This document shows positions 51,084 through 62,337 of a stretch of DNA of 64,000 nt, piece after piece. Within the stretch, counting starts at the first letter, position 1, and each line of letters starts with the position of its first letter. The notes beneath the pieces are model-generated. The model was not told the origin of the DNA and ran no database searches. It saw nothing but the letters and a program-made list of their open reading frames with translations. The translations under genes were made by a program, and so were the position numbers. Source of the stretch: a virus. Taxonomy: Duplodnaviria; Caudoviricetes. Location of the stretch: the IMG/VR virus record IMGVR_UViG_3300037067_016777, positions 96,001 through 160,000 of that record; one strand, given 5' to 3'.

Positions 51084-52817
51084 GTGCGATTCCACGTCAT
51101 GGGACTCCAACATACTGTTTCGTCCAAAGAGTTTGTTGCTTGTGCATACACTCAGAAGGTCGTCAAATTCGCGAAGATGATGACTGACCGTGGTCATACT
51201 GTTATTCATTATGGACACGAAGATTCAGATCTACAGTGTTCGGAACATGTACCAGTCCTTACAGATAAGGATTGGAAGGTAGCTTATGGTAATCATGATT
51301 GGAGGAAGCATTTCTTCAAATTCGATACCGGCGACCACGCTTATACGACATTCAATGCGAATGCAATAAGAGAGATCGGCAAACGCAAACAGAGGAACGA
51401 TTTTATTTTGCCTTTCTGGGGATCTGGACACAGACCTATTTGCGATGCTCATCCAGATCTTATTTGCGTCGAGCCAGGGATCGGCTATGCTGGTGGACAC
51501 TGGGCTAAATATAAGATCTTCGAATCTTATGCTATTTATCATGCCTATTATGGCCTGACATCTGTTAGCTCTTGCATACAGAATTGGTATGATACCGTTA
51601 TACCGAATTATTTCAATCCAGATGAGTTTGAATTCTCCGCTGAGAAAGACAACTATTTTTTATTTTGTGGCCGCGTATATGTTGGTAAGGGCATCCATAT
51701 TGCTGAGCAAATTGCAAAAGCAATCGGTGTTAAGCTTATTGTAGCAGGACAGAAGGGTGATGATTATGAATTGTCTAAAGATCCACTTATTGAATTTGTC
51801 GGATATGCGGATATTGAAAAGCGTAAGAAACTTATGTCACGTGCTAAAGGTTTAATTTTAGCCAGTCAATATAACGAGCCTTTTGGTGGTGTCCAGATTG
51901 AGAGTTTGTTCTCTGGTACGCCGACAATTACAACAGATTGGGGCGCTTTTACAGAGAACAATCTACACGGAATTACCGGTTATCGGTGCCATACTTTCGA
52001 GCAATTTGTTTGGGCTGCGAAGAATATTGATAAGATTAGTCCACATGCTTGCCGTGCCTGGGCACTTAATAATTTTTCGATGGAACGGATTGCCGGAATG
52101 TATGAGGAGTTTTTCGAGTCTATCTTGGATATTCATGGAAAACAGGGGTGGTACGAGCCAAAGCCAAATCGAACAGACTTATTGTTCAATAAGAAGTTCT
52201 ACCCAGTTGTTGAGGAGAAGATTGATTATACACAAGTAGCAAAAGAGGAAGAGCCGTTTGCGAAACAGTTAGCTACTTGGATTAAGGAGGCTGTCGACCC
52301 GAAAGATGTAATCGATATCGGATGCGGTCCTGGGATTTATACTTATGCGATGACTAATGTAGGTATTAAGTGTATAGGTATAGATATCGACCCGCGTATC
52401 GCCGACGAGGAGGGTCTATTTGTTGAAGATCTGTTGCAATTAAATGGTAAATTTCAAAAGCAACTTGCGATTTGTTTAGAAGTAGCAGAACACATCGACC
52501 CACAATATTCTAACCAAATCGTAAAGCAAGTCTATGATTGTGTTTTGCCAGGAGGTATTCTGTTATGGACAGCGGCGTGTCCTGGTCAGGGTGGTGTCGG
52601 GCATATTAACTGCCGACCGAAGCAATATTGGCGTGAGAAGTTCGAAGCGCTTGGTATGGTCTATGATGACGCTTTGCATTCCAAGTGTATAGAGTATTGT
52701 CTGCAAGGCCCACACATGGGCTGGTTTATCAACAATCTACTATGCTTCCGCAAATACGCACCAGTTGTGGCGGAAGAGAACATTATTGTTAAGAAACCGA
52801 GTAAAAAGAAAGTCTAG
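51084..52817 (+). CDS. GT4 glycosyltransferase fused to a SAM methyltransferase
   Basis: EPFGGVQIE...GTPTITTDWGAF.E; DIGCGPG, CLEVAEH and PGQGG.GHIN. Confidence 0.85.
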   Translation: MRFHVMGLQHTVSSKEFVACAYTQKVVKFAKMMTDRGHTVIHYGHEDSDLQCSEHVPVLTDKDWKVAYGNHDWRKHFFKFDTGDHAYTTFNANAIREIGKRKQRNDFILPFWGSGHRPICDAHPDLICVEPGIGYAGGHWAKYKIFESYAIYHAYYGLTSVSSCIQNWYDTVIPNYFNPDEFEFSAEKDNYFLFCGRVYVGKGIHIAEQIAKAIGVKLIVAGQKGDDYELSKDPLIEFVGYADIEKRKKLMSRAKGLILASQYNEPFGGVQIESLFSGTPTITTDWGAFTENNLHGITGYRCHTFEQFVWAAKNIDKISPHACRAWALNNFSMERIAGMYEEFFESILDIHGKQGWYEPKPNRTDLLFNKKFYPVVEEKIDYTQVAKEEEPFAKQLATWIKEAVDPKDVIDIGCGPGIYTYAMTNVGIKCIGIDIDPRIADEEGLFVEDLLQLNGKFQKQLAICLEVAEHIDPQYSNQIVKQVYDCVLPGGILLWTAACPGQGGVGHINCRPKQYWREKFEALGMVYDDALHSKCIEYCLQGPHMGWFINNLLCFRKYAPVVAEENIIVKKPSKKKV

Positions 52818-53349
52818 CAGTGTCGCCAATTCTTCTTGCGGTATTTTGGTTTGATTTCTATCTCATTAGTGGTAGAGTACAAAATGGTTCCGTCGCATAG
52901 CTCTACACGGCCACGCTGCTCGTCTCTTTCGATATTACTCAAGCTATTAAAATCGCAGTAGCTGATCTTATACTCTCGCACCACCGATAGAGGAATTTCA
53001 ATTGTTCCAAGATAGGCTGTGTCGAACATTAAACTAGATTGATTGATCATTTTGTTTTAATATAATAATAGCTGCTTCTACGAGTGCTTTGCCAGAATTG
53101 CCTGCTATGGCAGTTTGTCGTTCAAATCGATTTTGTGAAAGAACAGTGACTCTCGATTTATGCTCTGGATAATACACGATTTGTATACAATAGCCAAGGT
53201 TGTTTAATAACTGTATCACGAATCGTTCGTCATAATGTGACGTAGATGGGGAGAAGCGTGTTGTTGTTCCATCATCTAATACAACTTGCTCGGTATTATC
53301 ACGCATACGGACGACGGTCATTCCCAATAATTTAGCTAATTCTAAATCA

Positions 53350-54453
53350 TCAGATTGCGTCTGGATCTGCTCGTTTGGCATATAGCTCGTTCCCCTCATC
53401 GACAATTTCACGATTTAATCTAATTGCCAGATTACGTCGTAGATCTTTCGCTCCGCGTAGATCTTGATCGAACCATTTGGTGAATAGGTCTTCTATTTTG
53501 ATCGGCTCAATCTCGGCTAGTTTCGCGTTTGGTGCTTCATCTTCAGATAGGTTAACAAATGTAACCTTCTTAGCACCCATTGCCAAGAATTTCTCGCGCA
53601 CATCATTAATCTCATTTTGTGTGTAGTCTCTAGTAGTAGTTATTCTGATTATATTACCTGATATATCAGATTCTGTCTTACTATCTAGAAATTCATCAGC
53701 AAAAGTGCAGTATTGGGGTGGTATGGCTATATTAGGTTCTTGTAATCGTCCCTCTTTGAAAACATCTACAAAAATATGTTCATTCTTGTCTTGATCAAAA
53801 ACAAAAAATCCATGCTCGGTGTCTCCCTCATCGAATTTGAACGGGATAATACTACCAGGATACCAAAGGTTATTTGACACTTGTTGACATAAATGAAAAT
53901 GCCCAGCATAAACGCGATCGAATTTACTTTGGATAAACGTTACCATTGACCATCGCTGTAATAAGAAACATACATTTTGAATCGCATTGTTGACACCGAT
54001 ATGTGTCAACAATATGTCTTCTTTGTTTGCTTGTTTTTCTATTCGCTCTAATATCCGCATATAAGCAGATTCCGAGTAAACGAATGGAAGTATCCAATAT
54101 CGCCTATCATCTATTTCTAATACCTTAACTGTATTAACAATAGTCAATAATTCACCAAATGGTTTTATGCTATTGATATTCCAACTATGCTTCAGGAACA
54201 TATCGTGATTGCCTGGGAACGCAATCCACTGTTGGTTAAAATCATTCTTGGTCTCTTGAAAGAAATCGTAGGCTCCGCAAAGTATTTCTATTGATAGGTG
54301 TTGCCTATCGTGAAATAAATCACCAAGAACGACGATAGTATCAATATCATTCTTAAAGCAATAATTTCTTACAGTTTTGAGAGCCCACAAGATATCATCA
54401 TTACGTCCAGAGTAACCGAGATGAACGTCAGCGACAATCGCTATTTTCGTCAT
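53350..54453 (-). CDS. Mre11/SbcD/gp47-like metallophosphoesterase nuclease
   Basis: ADVHLG, LGDLFHDR, GNHD, GHFH and YPGS. Confidence 0.9.
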   Translation of the reverse strand: MTKIAIVADVHLGYSGRNDDILWALKTVRNYCFKNDIDTIVVLGDLFHDRQHLSIEILCGAYDFFQETKNDFNQQWIAFPGNHDMFLKHSWNINSIKPFGELLTIVNTVKVLEIDDRRYWILPFVYSESAYMRILERIEKQANKEDILLTHIGVNNAIQNVCFLLQRWSMVTFIQSKFDRVYAGHFHLCQQVSNNLWYPGSIIPFKFDEGDTEHGFFVFDQDKNEHIFVDVFKEGRLQEPNIAIPPQYCTFADEFLDSKTESDISGNIIRITTTRDYTQNEINDVREKFLAMGAKKVTFVNLSEDEAPNAKLAEIEPIKIEDLFTKWFDQDLRGAKDLRRNLAIRLNREIVDEGNELYAKRADPDAI

Positions 54454-54754
54454 GTCAAATTTCTTTTAATGGAGACTGTTATGTTTACTGAAAAACTAAA
54501 TCGTGCTCTCGGCAATGTCGATCTCAATACGGATAAAGTGGCTTGGTTGAGATTCTGTGAATGGGCTCACTCATTTCATGACATAGACGTAAACTCACTA
54601 ATAAAATATGATAATTTTGCAATGTTCGAGAAAAACGAGTTTAAGCTACCATTAAAATACTTGGAAGCAATTAAAGATTTATGGATTAAATGGAGTAAAG
54701 CAGTAGAGTTTGATAGATTAGCTAATATCTAGTTCTGATAGTATTTTATAAATC

Positions 54755-56491
54755 ATGCAATTTGATTTATCAAAAATTGATGAGTATTTTCCATTCGATT
54801 CATTTAGAGATGGGCAGCGTGAATGTATCGAATTTATATTGAAATCCTTCGAATCAGGTAAGAAATTCGTAGTATTCGAGGGTCCGACTGGCTCCGGTAA
54901 GTCGGCTATCGGTATGACTATTACTAAATTCTTTCAGGCTAGTTATTACCTTACAGTCCAGAAAATTCTCCAGACCCAACTGATGAACGATTTTGGAAGT
55001 GGAGAAGTCGTTGATTTGAAGGGGCGATCTGCATACAATTGCGCTTTTTATGAGAATTTTGGCGCTGCAGCAGTAGCTAGGAAAGGTATGTTTCAAAAGG
55101 ACTTGAACAAACATCTTACTTCTCCGCCATCATGCGACAAGGGCTACTGCCGTAAGAAAGACAAAGCCCGTCGCTGTGAATTATGTTTTCCATATTATCC
55201 TGATAAAGATGCAAATGTTGATCGAACATACGAGATTTTCATACACGGCACCTGTCCTTATTACAAACAAATTGCTAAAACGATGGTTTCTAGAGTAGCC
55301 ATCATGAATTATAGCAGCTTTTTATATCAAAGAGGTGCTGGTAGATTCACAGTACGTGATTTGCTAATTGTCGATGAAGCCCACCAATCGGAGCCTCAAC
55401 TACTTGATTTTATTTCAGTCACTATTGACGATAAGCGACTAAAGAAGCTTGGATATACTTTAGAAGAGCATGATATACCAGAAGCATATTATATATCCTT
55501 TAAAGACAATGAGATTCTAGCTAAAGTCCAAGCTATAGCTCAGATGGCGGATGATAATGAGGATCTAGAAACGGCGGATGAATATGAGAGACTATCACGT
55601 CGATTGAGCTCATTTTTTAGGAGTATAGAAGAAGAGGAGGAGTGGGTAGCTGAATTTAAGAAACTTGACGGATATAACGTCGTTACTTTAAAGCCGGTAT
55701 TTGTACACTCAAAGTCGCACAAGCTATTGTTTAATCATGGTGATAAGATATTGTTGATGAGTGCAACAATATTAGATGTCGACATATTTTGCGCATCATT
55801 AGGAATACCAAGGAGCCAAGTAGCAGCTTATCGTATGAAGAATCGATTCCCCGTCAATAATCGACCAGTTGTTGTTGACGCTGCTGCGAAGATTGTTGGC
55901 GGTCCTGCTAAGATGCACGAATGGTCGTCGAAGTTAGTCAGAAAAACCGACCAGATATTAGATAAGTATGAAAATGTTCGCGGTATTATCCATACTCACA
56001 ATTTTGCAATAGCTGAATTGTTGGTGGCGAAATCACACCATCGGGAAAGATTCTTATTTCAAAAGAAATTCGCTAGTAAAGAGGACATGCTTAGGAGGCA
56101 TAGCGATAGTGAGAACACTATCATCGTTGCACCAGCATTGCATGAGGGATTAGATTTACGTGGAGACCTGAGCCGTATTCAATTGATTTGCAAAGTACCA
56201 TGGCCAAATTTTAAAGATAATAAGCAGTTAGCAAGAAGACTGGAATTAGATCAGAGATATTACACATGGCTAACTGCTCTCAAACTCATCCAATCGTGCG
56301 GTCGCTCAATCCGTAGTGATACAGATTGGGCTCACACTTATGTTTTAGATGAGGTTTTCTACAGATTTATGAGAGATGCTGCGTCTATGATACCAGGGTG
56401 GTTCAAAGATGCTGTAGAATATGGGGATTTACATAGGTTGCAGATTCAGTCTGCAGATCAAAGTGAGGTAGAAGACGATATTCCATTTTAG
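54755..56491 (+). CDS. DinG/XPD-like SF2 helicase
   Basis: R.GQ, GPTGSGKS, LKGR..Y.C, CPYY, DEAH, MSAT, EGLD and QSCGRSIR. Confidence 0.9.
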   Translation: MQFDLSKIDEYFPFDSFRDGQRECIEFILKSFESGKKFVVFEGPTGSGKSAIGMTITKFFQASYYLTVQKILQTQLMNDFGSGEVVDLKGRSAYNCAFYENFGAAAVARKGMFQKDLNKHLTSPPSCDKGYCRKKDKARRCELCFPYYPDKDANVDRTYEIFIHGTCPYYKQIAKTMVSRVAIMNYSSFLYQRGAGRFTVRDLLIVDEAHQSEPQLLDFISVTIDDKRLKKLGYTLEEHDIPEAYYISFKDNEILAKVQAIAQMADDNEDLETADEYERLSRRLSSFFRSIEEEEEWVAEFKKLDGYNVVTLKPVFVHSKSHKLLFNHGDKILLMSATILDVDIFCASLGIPRSQVAAYRMKNRFPVNNRPVVVDAAAKIVGGPAKMHEWSSKLVRKTDQILDKYENVRGIIHTHNFAIAELLVAKSHHRERFLFQKKFASKEDMLRRHSDSENTIIVAPALHEGLDLRGDLSRIQLICKVPWPNFKDNKQLARRLELDQRYYTWLTALKLIQSCGRSIRSDTDWAHTYVLDEVFYRFMRDAASMIPGWFKDAVEYGDLHRLQIQSADQSEVEDDIPF

Positions 56492-56499
56492 GTATCATC

Positions 56500-56874
56500 A
56501 TGAATTATTATCAACCACGGGAGCTTATTAAAGATGGTAAACCTGCTGGCCTATTTCACTATACGTGCCAAAACAATAATAGAGTATGGCCTGTCGGATT
56601 ATGCGCAGAAGATTGCCCAGGCCATACGACGGAACAAGAAGCTCGCGATCATTGGCGGTCATATCTAATTCTAGGCATCGAATTCACTCCAATTACCCAG
56701 GAGTGGCCAAAAGAAAAGTGTGAATCTGAAGGTTGTAATGAGCAGGCAACAATGGTTGGATGTACTAAAAACGAACCTGGAATTTTCAACCATCGCAGAT
56801 TCTGTACTAAGCATGCAACAATAGAAGAGATGGCTAAGTTTATCGAAGCTGGCGATTCTATGTCGTCCTATTAA
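56500..56874 (+). CDS. Cys/His-rich hypothetical protein
   Basis: 124-aa ORF. Confidence 0.55.
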   Translation: MNYYQPRELIKDGKPAGLFHYTCQNNNRVWPVGLCAEDCPGHTTEQEARDHWRSYLILGIEFTPITQEWPKEKCESEGCNEQATMVGCTKNEPGIFNHRRFCTKHATIEEMAKFIEAGDSMSSY

Positions 56875-57488
56875 TTATCTCAGAGCTGCAATAATCTTCT
56901 GAATGACTGGAGATTTTAAGATTTCCTTCATTTGATCTGATTGAGCAATTTTTATAATCATCTTTTTAGCAGCAGTTTTACCATGTTTCTTAATAGTATT
57001 GACGATTTCGTCACCGACTCCAGTAATGGTGCCACTATCTTCTAGAGGAATACATACAACTGCACAAATATACACACGGCCATCGTTAGAAGGCTGTACT
57101 GCTACACCAATTTCTTCGACATCTGGATGTAAAATTGCTTCTCTATGTGGTTTTGAACCTATCCACAGCGACACCACCATTTCTGGATCGCTTCCGTTCC
57201 CCGCATATAATACCTCACCAGAGCTAGAATAAGCATAACCGGATGCTCGCATCCTATCGGATAATTTTGGGTATTTTACACCTCTCAAGACATGCCCAAA
57301 CTGCCCAGTATCAGCCATTTGCTTAGCTTGTATTGTAGCCGCTATATCGATAGTATTATTATGCTTCAATAGGTTCAGTTTTTTATGCTTGCGTGTTTGA
57401 TTTATAGTACTGATTATCTCTGTAGTTGCTACTGATTCGGCCAACAACAGAGATAATTGGTGTTCAAACTTGATAGTGCAGGCATCCA
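56875..57488 (-). CDS. CAP/SCP-domain protein without signal peptide
   Basis: IN..R, A..MA, FGH, GE.L and WIGSKPHREAIL. Confidence 0.8.
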
Positions 57489-57540
57489 TGTATTTATGTT
57501 TGAATGATTTCGAAAGTAGGTATTGCATCAAGGAGACAGC

Positions 57541-57753
57541 ATGAAAACAAGTAAGACGAAAATCGATATTGCTGTAACGTGTGAGGGATGCGGGCGAAAA
57601 ATACCAAAGGAGAGATTAAAAGCTATCCCAGATACAGTTCTTTGTGTACAATGTGCAACACAGTCTGAAAGTGAGAATAATATGGATTATATTGTTCCAC
57701 TAGTGGATTATGATCCCAGCGAACTACTTGATGCAATATCATCGGATGATTAG
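57541..57753 (+). CDS. DksA/TraR C4 zinc-finger protein
   Basis: CEGCGRKIPKERLKAIPDTVLCVQC; AAGGAG RBS. Confidence 0.85.
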   Translation: MKTSKTKIDIAVTCEGCGRKIPKERLKAIPDTVLCVQCATQSESENNMDYIVPLVDYDPSELLDAISSDD

Positions 57754-57758
57754 ATAAT

Positions 57759-59615
57759 ATGACCAATATCACACATCTGCCACAAACAGCGTCTGATGGT
57801 TTGGAGGTATGTGATGCCTATGGCTCGATATGGAAATATGACCTCCAAACTAATTCTTGGGTTAATATTGGTGCAGTTGGCGACTCACCGATTGTGACCG
57901 AATCAAAAGACGGGTTAGTTTCTCCAGTTATTTATACTCGTATTAATGCAATATCTCAAGCGGTTCGAGATGGTCTCAGTTTCGACTTCTTAAAGATATA
58001 TCCATATGTGCATGGATATTATTATTTGTTTCAATCTTCAAATCACACAATCACATTTGAACCAGAATCGAATAGTGATTTGAGAATGGAGATAAGTAGA
58101 CCAAGGCTACTTTCGCTTTTATCGCAATTAAAATGTCCAGGAGAACAAGGTGTAGTCGGCGATCAAGGAGATGTTGGATTAGATGGGGAAACCGGGGCAG
58201 CAGAGTTAAAATATTCTGCTGTAATATCTGATTCAATACTATCAATAAATGTACCTGTCGATAATTCATTAGGAACTCCGATATCGCTGAGAGTTTTTGC
58301 TAATAGCTCCAACACTCCGACAATTACAATAAAAATAATTGGTTCAGAGTTTGAAGTTCTACAGTCTACTATAGAAATAGATTTAGACTTTACATTTTTT
58401 GATTATTCTGATGGCCAGTTGGTTGGCCAAATAACGAGTTCAGAATGGGGAACAATAAGATGGTATTATAAAGCCCTACAAATGGGTAGGAAAGGTATAA
58501 AGGGCGCTGATGGCGGAGAGTTTTTAAGTGTTATATCTGATACTATTAATGATTCTAATTTAAGATCGAATACAGCTGTTATATTGATGCGTGATGGTGA
58601 TGGTGTCGGAATAATTAATTATCTTTCGGCAGCACTATTTAAAATAAACTGCGTGTCGAAAGTGGCTGTTAATCATTTGTGCTCTACCACAACAACATCA
58701 TTAACAGATTCATATGCAGCGTTGCAGATGAGTATAAATAATTGCAAGAATATAACTAGATTTATTATGGATCCGATAGTTGTAGATATACCAAAGCTTG
58801 TTTTCAGTGAATGGACACCGACAAGTACGTGTTTGCGGCAACGCCATCTTGCCGCTACTAAGCTATCTTGGATGGATTTTACCAAAGTTGGTTCTGATAT
58901 GAAACCCTGGCATAAAGCTAATGAGAATACTGCCAGCGATCCTGGTTACCCATGGGCAATAGTCGAAGAATCAGATCCTGGGCAATTGTGTTGCCAGGAG
59001 GATTTTTTCTTTTGCTCAAATGTAAATGACGTAACAGGTGCCTGCCCAATTAATCTTGTAGATGATTTACAAACGCCAGCGTCGTCCGCTTATGGCTGTG
59101 ATTGTGATTGTCCTATATCATTCTTATTAGAGGGTGGATATGATTTTGAAGATGTTAAAATGATTAGCGTAGATGATAAATCTTCACAAATTGCTGTTTG
59201 TAGTATAAATGGCGAGGCGCACGAATATAATCTTACTGTCGATGTCGATACACCGACAGCGACTATAACTGTCAGTTGGAAGTTGGAATATGACTCATTA
59301 TGTGATGAGGCTAGAGAGGTATATGCTGCACAAGTTAGCAACATACCGAATTTTGTGTTTGATCCAAGAGATGCGGTTTCTGAAGCAAATTGCCCAATAA
59401 GCTGGGGAATTACAGACAAAACAACACAAACAACAACAATATCACGATCTGATAGTAGCCCACAGTCGCTATCTACAATAGGGACGCTATCGTTTAATTT
59501 TGTCGGTACGTCAGGAACAATTATCACTACAGCTACCATCAACACCTTAAGATTAAATTGCTGTCTTGGATATAAATTGACTGTTTCTGTTAGTGCAGTG
59601 GAGGCGACATCTTGA
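57759..59615 (+). CDS. Cys-rich fibre or structural protein with short collagen-like repeats
   Basis: GEQGVVGDQGDVGLDGETG and CCQEDFFFC; paralogue of the next gene. Confidence 0.65.
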   Translation: MTNITHLPQTASDGLEVCDAYGSIWKYDLQTNSWVNIGAVGDSPIVTESKDGLVSPVIYTRINAISQAVRDGLSFDFLKIYPYVHGYYYLFQSSNHTITFEPESNSDLRMEISRPRLLSLLSQLKCPGEQGVVGDQGDVGLDGETGAAELKYSAVISDSILSINVPVDNSLGTPISLRVFANSSNTPTITIKIIGSEFEVLQSTIEIDLDFTFFDYSDGQLVGQITSSEWGTIRWYYKALQMGRKGIKGADGGEFLSVISDTINDSNLRSNTAVILMRDGDGVGIINYLSAALFKINCVSKVAVNHLCSTTTTSLTDSYAALQMSINNCKNITRFIMDPIVVDIPKLVFSEWTPTSTCLRQRHLAATKLSWMDFTKVGSDMKPWHKANENTASDPGYPWAIVEESDPGQLCCQEDFFFCSNVNDVTGACPINLVDDLQTPASSAYGCDCDCPISFLLEGGYDFEDVKMISVDDKSSQIAVCSINGEAHEYNLTVDVDTPTATITVSWKLEYDSLCDEAREVYAAQVSNIPNFVFDPRDAVSEANCPISWGITDKTTQTTTISRSDSSPQSLSTIGTLSFNFVGTSGTIITTATINTLRLNCCLGYKLTVSVSAVEATS

Positions 59616-62326
59616 ATTGCCACGCATTTAGTAATAGAACAGATATCACAGATGGCACTATTGTTCTAGACAATAGTGGCGATCAGTGGCAATATAATAG
59701 TAAATTGAATATATGGTCTTGTATTGGTAGCTTTCAGACTATTCCAGTTGTTACAAGCACTAATGATGGATTGATTTCTCCGGCTATTTATTCACGCATC
59801 AATGCAATATCAGAAGCAGTCGCCAATGGGCTAAAGTTTGATGCTCTTAAAATATATCCACACACATTAGGTTATTATTATTTATTTCAATCTTCGAACC
59901 ATACGATTACATTTGAACCTGAATCAGCAAACGATCTCAGGATCGAAATAAGCAGACCAAGATTGCTATCACTTTTATCACAATTGAAGTGTCCGGGAGC
60001 ACAAGGAGAAGTCGGCGAACAGGGTGCTACAGGTGATTCTGGTGTTGCTGGAAAAGCAGAAGCAAAACATATAGCTGTTGTAGAAGGCTCAACATTAACG
60101 ATTGATGCTATTGTCGGATCTACGATTGATACTCCAATATCGTTGCGTTTATTCAGAAATGACTCTTCTGAAAGCTCATTAACAATTTGGCAGCCAATCA
60201 ATGGTGATGATTTTATTATAATTTATTCAGAATTCGAACTTAGCATAGGTTCGTTTTTAAATTATGATCGTGTCGGATCTATTCTATATGGAGAGTTGAT
60301 ATCTAATGAATGGTCTAGCGACACATGGTATTACAAAGCAAACGAGATTGGACGAAAAGGAACACAAGGTGTAGATGGTTCTGGGTTCTTTGATGTTGTC
60401 GAGAATAGCTTAGTAGATGATACTCTTAATGCAACAGAAGCTATTATAACATTGCGTTATAACAATCCACAGCCAGATATCTATTTCTTTTCTGATACTT
60501 TATTTTCAAAGAATTGTGTTTCTAAACTTGCTATTTCGCATACTTGTAGCACTACTAATGTTGATGATCTTAGTACTGTTGTTGATCTCTCGCTTGCTGC
60601 TGTTAGATCAACAACGGAAACTTGCAAAAATATTACACGATTTCAATTTATAGAAAAGCAAACTACTGCACCTACACTAGAGTTCGTTGAGTGGACTCCT
60701 ATAGAAGCCTGCTGGACACAGCACCAAGCAAATCAATTTAATTGGAAGGATTTTACTCCAGCATCAATAGTTGCTTGGAGAGAAGCAAATTCAAGTACAA
60801 ATCGAGACACACGATATCCGTGGTCTATTATCGAACCGCAGTTTCCGGGGCAGAGATGTTGCCAAGAGGATTTCTTCTTTTGTTCGAATGTGAATGATGT
60901 TGCTGGTGGTTGTCCTGTTTTGCTTATCGAGCCTTTTGTTCCGCCGACAACAGAGTTATGCTGTCCGTGCGATTGTCCTAGTTATTTAGATAATAGCCTT
61001 GAGATAAACCTGCCATATAATGCAGACTCGTCTGTTGATCCGACCTGTGTAGGATTCGATTGTGTAATTGATGGTACGTTACAACATTATGATATCACAA
61101 TTAATGTCCCATCCACCAATAATGGCTCTATAACTACGAATATCACACTTAGCACAATTTTTAATTCGATTTGCGACGAAGCCAGAGCGATCAGTAGTGC
61201 ATCATGTCCGGAGTATCCAGACACAAGTACATGCCCCGTCTCATGGTCAGCAGTATGTTCAAATAGTAACGTCCCTGGTGGGAAGAAATATTCTACAATT
61301 GGTTCAGCATTAACGTTTGCATATTCTGGACCAAGCGGTGTTGCACTTGAATTTGGAATTGATATTAACTTAGCAGGCACTAGTTGCTGTTTAGGGTATT
61401 CGGTTTTAGCTTGTGCGATTGGTCCGTCAACTCGACCAACAACGACGCCAGCTCCGTCTACGACACCATCACCTACACTCGGACCAACACCAACTCCGCC
61501 GACAACAATATCGCCATATCCGACGACGACGCCAGCTCCATCTACGAGCTACACTCCGCCCATAACTACGCAAAAGCCAACAACAACGCCTGGACCAACT
61601 ACATCTGAAGCGCCTCCTGAAGTAATATGCCCAGGAAAATGCACGTGGTATTTGTCCGCTGGCGGTGGTACATGGTCTAAAGCTACCAACCCATGTACGC
61701 CAGGATGTTATTGTCCGACGCCAACCAGCAGTACACCAAGGGCACCATATGGCGGAGGATATATTGCTTATACAAGATGCAAACCCGGTAGCGGACCAGA
61801 GCCATCGCCGTCGCCATCACCAGAGCCACCAGGATCGCCATCGCCATCGCCATCACCAGCAGGAGTTTGTAGTTATACTATAACAGCGCAAATAGATTGG
61901 GCTACACAGACTGATTTCGATTTGTATGGTAAGCGTGGATCTGAAGCCGCATGCTATTTTGGTTCGCCAATCGTTGGTGGCCACCATGCATCTGGCGGAT
62001 TAACGTTAAATAACGATGTGTACCCATCATGTGATGTAGGTCCACCAGATCCGCCTGAAATAATTAGCGGCACATATGCTGTTGGACATACTTTCCAATT
62101 TTGGTATAATAGATGGAGTGAGGACGGTGCTGCGGGATGTATAGATGGTGATGTAACTTCGCAGAGCATAGTTGTACAGAACACAGGAACCGGCAATATA
62201 ACTGTTAACGGTATAAATCTAACACCAGGCAGTTTCGCGGCGTTTGGATCGTCTATAACATTCGATATGAGGCGTCATGATGTGCCTGATGGTAGTGGTA
62301 CACCTATTGTTGTAGCTTGTGCGTAG
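59612..62326 (+). CDS. Cys-rich fibre or structural protein with collagen-like and Pro/Thr/Ser-rich linkers
   Basis: Shares YYYLFQSSNHTITFEPES..DLR.EISRPRLLSLLSQLKCPG with the previous gene; extra PT/SP-rich C-terminus. Confidence 0.65.
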   Translation: MNCHAFSNRTDITDGTIVLDNSGDQWQYNSKLNIWSCIGSFQTIPVVTSTNDGLISPAIYSRINAISEAVANGLKFDALKIYPHTLGYYYLFQSSNHTITFEPESANDLRIEISRPRLLSLLSQLKCPGAQGEVGEQGATGDSGVAGKAEAKHIAVVEGSTLTIDAIVGSTIDTPISLRLFRNDSSESSLTIWQPINGDDFIIIYSEFELSIGSFLNYDRVGSILYGELISNEWSSDTWYYKANEIGRKGTQGVDGSGFFDVVENSLVDDTLNATEAIITLRYNNPQPDIYFFSDTLFSKNCVSKLAISHTCSTTNVDDLSTVVDLSLAAVRSTTETCKNITRFQFIEKQTTAPTLEFVEWTPIEACWTQHQANQFNWKDFTPASIVAWREANSSTNRDTRYPWSIIEPQFPGQRCCQEDFFFCSNVNDVAGGCPVLLIEPFVPPTTELCCPCDCPSYLDNSLEINLPYNADSSVDPTCVGFDCVIDGTLQHYDITINVPSTNNGSITTNITLSTIFNSICDEARAISSASCPEYPDTSTCPVSWSAVCSNSNVPGGKKYSTIGSALTFAYSGPSGVALEFGIDINLAGTSCCLGYSVLACAIGPSTRPTTTPAPSTTPSPTLGPTPTPPTTISPYPTTTPAPSTSYTPPITTQKPTTTPGPTTSEAPPEVICPGKCTWYLSAGGGTWSKATNPCTPGCYCPTPTSSTPRAPYGGGYIAYTRCKPGSGPEPSPSPSPEPPGSPSPSPSPAGVCSYTITAQIDWATQTDFDLYGKRGSEAACYFGSPIVGGHHASGGLTLNNDVYPSCDVGPPDPPEIISGTYAVGHTFQFWYNRWSEDGAAGCIDGDVTSQSIVVQNTGTGNITVNGINLTPGSFAAFGSSITFDMRRHDVPDGSGTPIVVACA

Positions 62327-62337
62327 TATATAACCAC

